This document shows, one piece after another, positions 36,428 to 47,549 of a stretch of DNA of 64,000 nt. Below the pieces are notes generated by a model, which saw only the letters and a list, made by a program, of their open reading frames with translations, made no database searches and was not told the origin of the DNA. The stretch's first letter is position 1. Each line of letters begins with the position of its first letter. The DNA comes from Balanoglossus misakiensis (taxonomy: Eukaryota > Animalia > Hemichordata), in the NCBI GenBank assembly GCA_040954595.2, contig CM082581.2, positions 9,217,878 through 9,281,877 on the forward strand, given 5' to 3'. A program made the translations under genes and the position numbers.

Positions 36428-37620
36428 AAATCAGCATATCTTATACGAGTTTCTCGTTAAGTGCTAAAAAGGGTCAAATGTAAGAAAGCTGTCAGGATTT
36501 TGGTTGATCAGTTTAAATATGAGAGAATTGATAGTACTTATGTAATAATCAACTTGCAACTTACCAACCCTATCAAAAATAGGGATTTTTTTTAAATAGT
36601 TTGATGAATAGTGACGGCTTGAATTGTTCTGTTTGCCAGATGATATTTGCACGAGAAGCAAAAAAAAATCACAACTGTACACTTGGACGCGAATTGATTT
36701 CAGACAAAACATCGCAAATCCCCATGGGCGAGTTCTAATATAATCAAAAAGGGTTCCTTCAAAGATATTCTGTCGTGAACAAATTGAATAGGGAGTAACA
36801 TGCATGCTTCTTTGTACGCGATGTGATTTCATATCGATCAAGACTCGACGCCTTGGTTTAAATGGGGGAACATCCGGGTGTTCCTCCTACCGAAGTTTTT
36901 ACCGTTGCTATGGCAACAGCTGAAATCTACAAAATGCGATTTTTTTATTGAAATATGAGTCGTGACTTGGAACCTGCCCTGCCCGATGCCATTCAGAATT
37001 TTGTATATATGGTCAATGTCCTATGATGCACATAGTTACGTCAATTTATTTCCCGGTACGATCAATAACGAAACAATACATATAGAGTATTATGGTTATT
37101 ATATGAGTAAATTTATTGACGAATTGCAATAAAATTGATCTGAAAGTGTACTAAATCAATATGAGAAAGCAATAGTTTACCAGCATATTTATGTGCGTGT
37201 TATTGGCATTACAATTTTCATGTAACAGAAACATTGTCACAATAACTCGATATATTGACAAAAGCAAAGTATAAAGTTTTTGTAAATGTACTGAAAACGT
37301 ATTACATGTAATTAACAGTTATCTCACGATCACGACATGACGTCACACTTTTTAATATTCTAATTATTCTCTCTGTGTACGGAGACACTGTGTTGACTAC
37401 AAACTGGCGATTGCTCTCGCAAAACAAACTGGCGCAAAGCATGCTTAGATCAATATTACCATAAATATTTACATGTATGCGATATAATCCATGTTTCAGG
37501 TTCAGTCTGATACATTTGGTATCAAAGTCCACGAGACGTTCAGCATATGCTTTGATTTGATTTGAGTTGACTTGTAATTCTGTAGCTGCTAACCTCTGAT
37601 TTACACAATGTGCCGTTGAA

Positions 37621-40600
37621 TTAGACAGACGTTTCCATTTGCCTTTCTCTTCTGCGACAACCAATTTTCCTAAGAATGAGAATAAAATCGTTTAACGTTC
37701 AAACATCCGCGATCATCTACTATTTAGCTACCAATATGTATGGTAGTTAAACATTGAAAAAAAATTCTCAACGATGTAATACAATGTACAAGTCAAGCCT
37801 TTTAAATTCTTCAAACTCACCCTTGTGTTAATAGATCAATAACTGTGAGTAGAATACCAAAGGCAATAATTCCTGCTACAAATAGAGTCAGCGATTCTTC
37901 TTCTGTCACTTCTATCGCTGAGGACTTCTTGCCTTCGACACCTGTCGAGTATGGATACATCAATCAAGAATATCACCTTTATTTGACTATAATATTGATG
38001 GAATAGTTGTGTGCAACTCTCATGTAATTGTTCTGTAAAATACGCGAAACATAATTATTGTATTGAATTGTATTGTATTGTATTGGCATTATATTTATGT
38101 TGCATTGTATTGTATTGTATATCATTGTATTGTATTGTAATGTAATGTGCTGTATTGTATTGCACTCGCCTGATGCTATGATTTGAGTCGCGTCTCTGCT
38201 ATATACCGTTGAGGTTTTTGCATCTAATAACGAGACTTGTGCACTCGTCGTTTGTTCGGGAATAAACTCGACGCTGGTGGAAATTGAGGTTTTCCATCCC
38301 AAACTGTGAGTTTGTGATCTGGTGGTCGTTGTGTCAGATGACGTTCCCTGTGCGTTCGTCGTTTGCTCTGAGGTCGTCTCCGCATCAGTTGAACTCGAAA
38401 CTGTCGTTGTGTCAGATGTAGTTCCCTGTGCGTTCGTCGTTTGCTCTGAGGTCGTCTCCGCATCAGTTGAACTCGAAACTGTCGTTGTGTCAGATGTAGT
38501 TCCCTGTGCGTTCGTCGTCTGCTCTGAGGTCGTCTTTGCATCAGTTGAACTCGAAGCTGTCGTTGTGTCAGATGTAGTTCCCTGTGCGTTCGTCGTTTGC
38601 TCTGAGGTCGTCTCCGCATCAGTTGAACTCGAAACTGTCGTTGTGTCAGATGTAGTTCCCTGTGCCTTCGTCGGTTGCTCTGAGGTCGTCTCCGCATCAG
38701 TTGAACTCGAAACTGTCGTTGTGTCAGATGTAGTTCCCTGTGCCTTCGTCGGTTGCTCTGAGGTCGTCTCCGCATCAGTTGAACTCGAAACTGTCGTTGT
38801 GTCAGATGTAGTTCCCCGTGCGCTCGTCGTTTGCTCTGAGGTCGTCTCTGCATCAGTTGAACTCGAAGCTGTCGTTGTGTCAGATGTAGTTCCCTGTGCG
38901 TTCGTCGTTTGCTCTGAGGTCGTCTCCGCATCAGTTGAACTCGAAACTGTCGTTGTGTCGGATGCCGTTCCCTGTGCGTTCGTCGTTTGCTCTGAGGTCG
39001 TCTCCGCATCAGTTGAACTCGAAACTGTCGTTGGGTCAGATGTAGTTCCCTGTGCGTTCGTCGTTTGTTCTGAGGTCGTCTCCGCATCTGTTGAACTCGA
39101 AACTGTCGTTGTGTCAGATGTAGTTCCCTGTGCGTTCGTCGTTTGCTCTGAGGTCGTCTCCGCATCAGTTGAACTCGAAACTGTCGTTGTGTCAGATGTA
39201 GTTCCCTGTGCGTTCGTCGTTTGCTCTGAGGTCGTCTCCGCATCAGTTGAACTCGAAACTGTCGTTGTGTCAGATGTAGTTCCCTGTGCCTTCGTCGTTT
39301 GTTCTGAGGTCGTCTCCGCATCAGTTGAACTCGAAACTGTCGTTGGGTCAGATGTAGTTCCCTGTGCGTTCGTCGTCTGCTCTGAGGTCGTCTCCGCATC
39401 AGTTGAACCCGAAACTGTCCGCTCTGAACTTTGTGTTCTCCGCCCACTTGTTGCTATGCTCACCAGAGCATGCGCAGTCGTCAACTGCTGCGAAGTCGTC
39501 GCTGCATCAGTTGTAAACGTCAATGCCCCAGTTTGCAAATCTGTTGAAATATATACATGTACAACTCTAATTAAACGGGGACACCAACATCATTTTTCCA
39601 ATTGCTACGTGAACATTATAGAATCAATTGCAAGCCAGTTTAAGGTAGCGTAGCCGTAAATCCCGTGCGAACTTCTCACCTGTTGATGATAAACTCGGCT
39701 GAGTCGTACTTCCGTCTTGATTCGTCACACTCGGCGCATCATACGCTTCTGTCCGTGCTGCCGTTGGTTGCCATGCACTGGCGTTCACACTGGCTAGGTG
39801 TGTCCATTCTAAAGTATGGGTTTGTCCACTGGCATTCTGCGGCACAGCAGTGGTCTCTATGACAGTAGTGTTTTCAGAAATTGTAGTGTTTTCTGTAGTT
39901 GCAGATTGGTTCACTGTCGGCGGCGCGTCAATGCCAAATGGTAACGTCATGGAGAGTGAATCTGTTAAAGAATGAACATACAGTAATTTCCTTAGAGGAA
40001 CAATGTATCTTTAGAGGAACTATACAAACAGATGTATGTGTGTATATAGATATATGCCTTTAGATAGACAGACAGACAGACTGGCAGACAGGCAGGCAGA
40101 GAGAGAGAGAGGAGGGAGAGAGAGAGAGATAAGATGTATATTTTGAAAATGTTCAATATCTCTCAATAACTCACCACCAGTGCACTCTGGAAACTGGATG
40201 TCAGTGTAGATGACGTCATTTAGTACAACTTCGTTTGGAGGGTACGAGATGTTGACGGCGAAGGCGTGTCCCTCCGATGGGGTAATGACTATTGTGAATG
40301 GTAGGAGGGTGAGAATGTCGGGGCGGAAGGTACTGTCGGAGGAGAAATGACCACCCAGCATTCGAGTCAACTGCACGATCCCCGAATTACCCTCGGTGAC
40401 CACCTGCACGGTGTCTATCGGATATCGACCATTGTAGATTTGAAGTCCGAAGTTCCCCATGTCGGTGAACTGGGAATGAAAATGAACACACGATTGATTG
40501 GCTAGGGCATAGGCTAGGGGAAAAGGTTTTTGTACTGCACACGCACACGCACCCGCTCGTACACACATACAAAGACACATAATACAGACATACGCCTGTA

Positions 40601-41870
40601 CGCACAAGCACGCGCACACACACAGTCACAAACGCATACACACATACCTACCCTTAGTCTTATACTGTCTCCTTGAAGAGGACAATCGATGACAGACATT
40701 GTCACGGCGAATGACGAAAACACCGCCGGTAGAGTTTCAAGACCCCCTAGCGTTGCGTAAGCATCATCGTGCAGCCCTATTGTGTTACCGAAGCAAAATA
40801 AGCAACCACTGACCACTTTTACCAGCTCTGGAATATTTGTTGGGCCCACCACTTCCAGACAAACACCACACAACTGTGAAAAAAAACACAATGTGCGAAA
40901 TTCGTCATTTAGGTGTAGAAAGTATACAGCATGGCTCATATTGGTCGCAACTGCACTTTTATTGAAGAAATATGTCACACCGTGCTTAACCTTTGTCGTC
41001 TGCTGTGGTTAGAGAACATTTGTTTTGGCAGTGGTTGATCAGCCTTACTCCATAAAGCTTTCCAACATTGTATTGTATCGTAGTGTAGTGTAGTATAGTG
41101 TAGTGTATAGTGTTGATCAAAACATTCACTTCGCATACATGTTATCAGCTAAAAGTTATCTCTGTACAGAAGTCAAATAAATGCAGCCATACCCTGGAGT
41201 ATCCACCAAACCACCAGCCGTCACTCATGCGAGCAAACTTGAATCCTTGTTGTTGTAACTGCCACAGGGGTAGTCCACAAGAACCGGAGTATGTGTCTGG
41301 GTCAACGGTGATAGGATAATACATCGCAGCTACACTGTACGCCGGGCTCAGTTCACACCGCTCGGAAAGTAAATTGGGGTTTTCTAAATAGAAGAGCATG
41401 TACAATCCTCAGTGTAACTACTTCTGTAAAGAACTAAGTGGCAAACGTAAAACATTGATAAAGTCGCCCATTACAATTTCGGACAAATGACAGAATCTCC
41501 ATGTACCTGTGCACGTCGGTGCTGTTGCCGACCACTCAACCCCAGAACACGTGACTACGTTTTCTCCTACCAAAAGATACCCAACTTTACATGCAAATTC
41601 CACGCTTTGGATGGGGTAGGTAACGTTTCTAATCACCGTTCCATGCGTAGGTATTGTCAGATCTTGGCAATTCGAAGGAGTCACGGTCGTTTGTTGAGAT
41701 TGTGGTCTTGCGCAGTCCACTGGAATGAAAGCAATATATTAACATGATCAGAATGATTATGTTTGCAGCATTTTGATACGAGCACAACAAGAGGAAGTTG
41801 AGAACTTACCAAATGTTTTGGTCATGATAGCGAAGACGAAACATAGCTTAGCTGAGATTGCGGACACCAT
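37621..41870 (-). CDS. Type I membrane protein: signal peptide - Sushi/CCP - expansin-like (DPBB + CBM63-like) - mucin stalk - TM - short tail ending ETSV; 9 coding exons
   Basis: Exons (-) 41870-41810 (signal peptide; alternative ATG 41876), 41719-41507 (Sushi: C..P.HG..FAC..GYLLVG..TC..W....PTC), 41383-41193, 40873-40652 and 40469-40175 (expansin-like), 39961-39680 and 39540-38170 (S/T-rich; GC donor after 38170), 37941-37821 (TM LTLFVAGIIAFGILLTVI), 37669-37621 (KIGCRRRERQMETSV*). All phases join in frame. Confidence 0.88.
38053..38162. repeat. Imperfect (ATTGT)n pentanucleotide microsatellite in an intron
   Basis: Runs of tattg/tgtat seen directly. Confidence 0.85.
38326..39420 (-). repeat. 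Coding minisatellite: 14 copies of a 78-bp unit encoding TDAETTSEQTTNAQGTTSDTTTVSSS
   Basis: Units counted in the translation; near-identical, with few substitutions. Confidence 0.97.
40064..40128. repeat. (GACA)n/(GA)n microsatellite in an intron
   Basis: Seen directly. Confidence 0.85.
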
Positions 41871-42934
41871 ATTCATTCCCGTGAGGACGGGCTCGTCACT
41901 AATTTTCAGATGGAAGGAAAAAAGCTTCACACGACCACAACACATCACCATGGCGACTGATAGCTTGAGACTATTCAAATTGTTCTTCAGAATGAATGAC
42001 ATGCAAACAATCAACTACTCACTTGTACCATACAAATCATTCATTTGCCATGATACATAAAATCAATACCAGGTGAATTCGATTGTGCATTATGGACATA
42101 TGACTTCATAATATCTTAAATAATTCCGGTCTTATACCAATGCACACTACGTCGATTCTTTTTAAACAATTCTTTGATCGTTCATGAATGAAATCGATAT
42201 TGGTAGGACATTTACAGCACAAATAACTATACTGATTTGCTCCTGTAAACCTACACAATTCGCGTCTTCAACGCTCAAATTCTTTTCATAATATGTTCAA
42301 TAACAGGATCCGTGTGAATTTTGCCTCTGATAAAACAAACACCGTCTGAGTGTAAGAGCACGTGACCTGGCACGTGACCATTTTAGTGCACAGTATTTTA
42401 GTGCTTAGTATTTGATATGACCTTTATTGGAATAAATATAACGCCAAAAATGCCAAATAGAGAGAGGAGAAAAAGAAGGGAGCCCATCGTAAGTTAAACA
42501 AAACTACACACAATCGTTATACACAGATAAAGCCTTACACTTCAATATATGTAAGAAATGTCATATTGATAACATCTAACATTTGGAAAAGAATACGTCA
42601 TAATTTGCCAATATTTTAATCCGAATAATCGAATGCCCAAGTATTAACTGCCCAGTCAATAGACTGTTTGGGACTACCGTAACAACTAATATTCTTTTAA
42701 AGTTCCACCCTTTTCATGATGAAAATGAACTTCGACGATTTATGTTTACATTACAAGAGAGCGATTATTTTTTCCACTGACATTTTGATCCTCTTTATCC
42801 TGTGATATACTTAACTATGTTTCCTTTACATCAAGTTTAAATTTAAAATTGGGCATGCGCAAGAAAACTCTACTGCATTCTGGGTGAGAGTAATCATCCT
42901 CTAATCACGCCCTCCAGTGACGATTTCATGAGTA

Positions 42935-45900
42935 TTACAACTTTGTATTCTCTTGACTTTTGTCTACCAAACGCTCCACAGAATTTCCAGCATTGAAGTC
43001 GTTGGCGATGTCCCCATGTTCGAGTATTTCCAAGGCGTGTCTCTCCCTTTCTTGCATAGCCTCGAATTCCTTTTCTTGCGCTTCTATTTCCTTCCCCATG
43101 ATTCCATCAATAACACCAGCGCCTGCGCAGTGGCTGACGCAGTTCACACTGGTTCGGAGTCCATCTCTGGCAGAGGTGAAGAAAACAAGAAATAGGATTC
43201 TTGAAACAACTAGTATTGTTTGGTCTATATTTATTGTAATCACAGTGACATGCTACTACTGATGACGTATTTTGCGGTAATCATGGTTTCGGTTACTTAT
43301 AATGACCACTGAGTCACATTCTCGCGAACCAGAGCCAACGCAAAAAGTGTCGCTTGGTGACGCAAAAATGGGGTCACCCCAAAACGGTATCTTTCACACC
43401 ACTTCGATTTTTATTCACGTCTGACTCAGCGATGTAGCCAGCCAAAGTGTCTCGAGTAAACTAATTTAATTCCCTTTTTGACCTAGTTGTGCCATGACAT
43501 AAATCAAGATTACTTTATTGCAGTTTTCCATATAAAAGAGGTCAACTTGAAAGGGGGTCAAATGGCAAAAACTTGCAGTAGGCTGGAGGTTGAACCATAG
43601 ATCTCCTCCAATGGAAAGTGCACCAGTTGCCTAATTATTGTGGTAAATGCAAGCCATGGCTTGGTCGACGTCCCTGGCATATTTTTTTTCTAATTATATG
43701 TTGTGTGGAAAGGATTAATAGTTATACAGTATTGTGAATTGTGGGTCATAAAACTTTATCAGCACCTGGTTGAACTGTTTTGAATGGTGCAACAGTAAAC
43801 ATTCCTGCCGCGGTCCACACGAATGATGCAACTTTGACTGCTTTATGCTATAAGATATCGCGCCCAAAGTATATAGGTATAGTTGGTAGGGTATCAATAG
43901 GCAAAGTCGTTAAGCATACTCACAGCAGCCACTCCACAGACAGCAACAGACCGATGTTTTCAGACGGTATGCCCGCCGCACTGCAAACAGTCACCATGGC
44001 AACCAGACTGGCGCTTGGGACGGAGGGGAGACTAACCCCCATCACAAAAGTAACGATTCTGTGATTTAGATGATAATTATTTTGTAAGAATTAGTAATAT
44101 TGCAGACATGCAGGCATGATGGCATTGTGTCAACAACAACAACAACAACTGCAACAACAACAACAACAACAGCAACAACTTACGCAGCAGTGACGATCTG
44201 ACCCGCATTCAAGGTCATGTTTGCAATCTGTGCCAGCCACATGGCTCCACTCAGGATAAAAATTGCAGAGCCATCCGCTTTTATGGAAACAATTAACGGA
44301 ATTGTGTAATAGACAATCGTTTTGTGTACACGGTTGTTGACTTCGCACGCTTTCAAAAGCTCCGGTAGAATGGCCACACTGGAATGAAAAAAAAAGACCA
44401 GGGTCATGGTCAAAGTCTGGAATGTGAAAATCCTTTCCACCTTTCCACGTGATTTAAATTTACATAATTGGACCTTTCGTCGCCATTTTCCAGAATTTCA
44501 TCTGTACACACTTGATTTCCGGCTTACTTGGTTTTGGTTACAGTGGCCAATATGGCCGGCCGTGCACAGCCAAGCCAGTATGCAAACGGATTCCGTCTCG
44601 TGCAGATGAAATATACCAACGGCAAGACTATGAAGAAGTGTGTGGAGAGACCAGCAATGACAACGCCGATGAATTTTCCCAGGGACGCCCACACTGCAGC
44701 GAGATCGCTGACGTCGATGAGGGCGCGGAAGATAAGACAGGCGGTGCCAATCGGAAGGGTCCTGTCATGGAAATAGAAAGCGTTTGTGTTTAATCAAGGA
44801 TGTAAAATATCACACGTAGAATGTGTGTGACTATTCGAGTGCACCCAGTCTCATAGACATTTCTTAAATTCTCCATTCCTTTTTTGATCAAAATTAACCA
44901 ACACACCACTGACACCACAATGAACGGTTCCTACCAGAGATAGTACGACAGAATTCTCAAACTGATGACGCGAAGTGACCACATGAAGTTAAACATGGTG
45001 TGCGTCTCTTCCTTGTGCAGACTCATTGCGAAACCGAACACCGCCGAAAACACCAAAATACCTTCAAAACAAACGAGAAAGAACATGAACTACACTTTAA
45101 ACGATACTGAAACATGAATAAACACATGAGCTTCCATGCCGATATTGCTCCTCAAAATGTGAATGTCTTCGTGTACGAGAAATGAGATCCCTAACTTACC
45201 CAGAATATTTGTACTGCTCGCGTAAGCGGACTCTTTCGATATCACTACTTCCTCTGTTCTGTTTGTCCCGGTAATGTTTCTTTCCTCAAATGTGTAATCT
45301 GTATAGATCTTCAAGGAAACAGATATACACTTCAACAGTTATGTTAAAACAAAATGCAGGTACAGTGTGCATTAAATGTATGGTGAAAATAAGGATGATG
45401 AACTTCAGGGCCATGACTGTAAGAAATCTCGCAGTATACGCTTCCATTCTCCGACTTACCGATTCCACACATGCCTGGACAATGTTGGCAGGAATTATAT
45501 TTCTGGAAGACAACAGAAACACCCGGTCGTGAATATTTACATGATCGTATCACAGGGTTTCATACCTGATTTCTTTGTGTGAAATCGGAAGTCTGGCATG
45601 CCTAGGTCTCATATGTGACAACAACGATAAGGTCATGGTATAGAAGACTGAGATACAGAATAGGGCTGAACTGTTCTCGAAGGTATGAAGACAATCGGAA
45701 CTTCGCATAGATCTCAAAAACAAAAGCAATCTATGACATTCGCCCCAAAAAAACGTACCTCAGCAAATCAGCAATGACGTCCTGCGTTTCGTAGTATGCT
45801 GGTTCGTAGTCACTATTTCCTATATCGGTTTCGGTCTCCCCTGGTTTGATGGTCAGACTGAAGATGAGTCCTTGTATTACAGCCAAGAATACGACGCCAA

Positions 45901-47549
45901 ATATGTATGCAAAACCGATGCCGCTCATTTTACCATTGGATTTGGGATCCACCGACGATGTTGCTGTAGTTGTTGTTGTTGTTGTTGATGATGATGATGA
46001 TGATGATGATGAAAATGGAGGAAATCAAGGTTAGAATATCTCGCAGGAACTCGTGGAGTTCGGTAAACGGTCTATTCCCACGAGGCAAAGTAAACATATC
46101 TACAAAACTCAATATCGGACGCAGCATTATCCCTTTCACCACCATGGTTTGGTCCAAATCCATCGTTTTCTATGGGAGAGGTGGACCTCTATACGGGGAC
46201 ACGGGGGGTGAAAAGGGTTAAAGAGCCCACGCATTTTTTGGTCATCGAGAGCAGGGAGGCTCACCTGTGATGATACTAGATGTCAATACCGGAAGAATCA
46301 TGCAACGTAATCCACGCATAAATAATTCACCAGGAAAGCCAATCCACATTTTAGCATCATCAGATATGTTCAGCGGCTGCAAGATGAAAAACGGCAATCT
46401 TTACAAAAGTCAAATAGTACATGTATTGATAAATCTGTTCTCAAAAAGAGAATTACACAAACTTACTAATGAGAAAAACGATATTTAAATTTTGATCGGC
46501 CATTGTGAAATAATTAATCCGTCTTTTAAAAATCTCAGACACCCGGACACAGTTTTGCCGATAATATCCACAAGTTCAAGGGTCTTAATTAAGTGTAAAA
46601 ATAGTTGCTTGACTAATTTGCGATTCAAAATATGCTGTCATGAACCTCGCAGGCTACCTTGAATAAGTTCTGCTCGAGGTGATTTATTGTTCTGGGTTTC
46701 AACCCAAATACATGTTTTATAAGTATTTTTAATCTCTACAGTTGATCTTTATTGTGCACATATACTCTCGAACGGTAGTAACGGGTGAATTCACTATCAT
46801 TTGAAGTGGCGGGAACTGACAGACCCTGGAATTTTTTTATTGTAGTGTTATTCACGAGACGTCGTTCAAAACTCGAGGAGACGGTACGCGCCAAAACAAA
46901 CGGGAGCCTGACTCTCAACTGCGGGCAAACTTGAATATGCTCCGCGGTATATTCGTGAAAACTGTCAGGTGACAAGAAAGTCAACTATAAACGACAGCGG
47001 CAGTCAAAATCGACGGAGAAATTGTCCGTTCCTGATCACGAGTACCATCAAATGTAAATACATAGAAATGCTATCGTTATTTCAAATTAATCGTGTTTTC
47101 CAGCGTCAACTGGATTTAAACAGAATAACAAAACAAGTTAGCCATCGCAAATTGCTGCCATAATGAAATGTATATTATACAGTGAATGTTGTTTGCACAA
47201 GGAAAACCACACATATCTCAATTACTTGCAGATATAAGAGGCGATAAAACTTTCAGAACGACAGTATTCTCGGTTTTCCGTTTGTCGTGTGACATGCCTG
47301 ACCGCCAGTTTTTGGCAAGGGTGTGCGTGGGAAGAACTAAAAATCGGCAGCTTACGGCTCAACCGGGCCCGGGAAAAAAAACGTGGAATTTACAACACAT
47401 CCCATTTACACAAAGGCAGCCTGGTGCTGCTTTGAATATACCTGCAATATGGCCACAAGAATAAACCCCACGGCAACGCCTATCAACGTCAGCAACAGCA
47501 ACAAGTTGTTCAGCAACCATTTCTTGAAACACTCCCCCGAGCACCGCAT
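42935..47549 (-). CDS. Divergent SLC1 (EAAT/ASCT, dicarboxylate/amino acid:cation symporter) family transporter, 10 coding exons
   Basis: Exons (-) 47549-47442, 46376-46265, 45963-45759, 45502-45460, 45308-45200, 45061-44935, 44761-44528, 44378-44184, 44058-43924, 43166-42935. Motifs NLLLLLTLIGVAVG, FPGELFMRGLRCMILP, IKPG, DLLRNIIPANIVQAC, NILGILVFS, RRNPF, VEWLLDGLRTSVN. Confidence 0.93.
44131..44179. repeat. (CAA)n trinucleotide microsatellite in an SLC1 intron
   Basis: Seen directly. Confidence 0.9.
45969..46011. repeat. (GTT)n(GAT)n microsatellite abutting the SLC1 exon 3 acceptor
   Basis: Seen directly; the minus-strand acceptor CAG is at 45966-45964. Confidence 0.9.
46131..46217 (-). 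mobile_element. Second, inverted copy of the piggyBac-like MITE, in SLC1 intron 2
   Basis: TTAT|CCCTTTCACCACCATGG...GGGGGGTGAAAAGGG|TTAA; the reverse complement aligns with 31481-31565. Confidence 0.78.

Noticed and set aside
38326-39420. Regular repeat array resembling CRISPR
   Set aside because: No unique spacers, no cas genes, eukaryotic context; it is a coding minisatellite.
38224-39653. Long ORFs of 443 aa (+, 38322-39653) and 407 aa (-, Arg-rich, 38224-39447)
   Set aside because: They are antisense and alternative-frame shadows of the 78-bp repeat, whose unit lacks stops. Only the Ser/Thr frame joins the flanking exons in phase.
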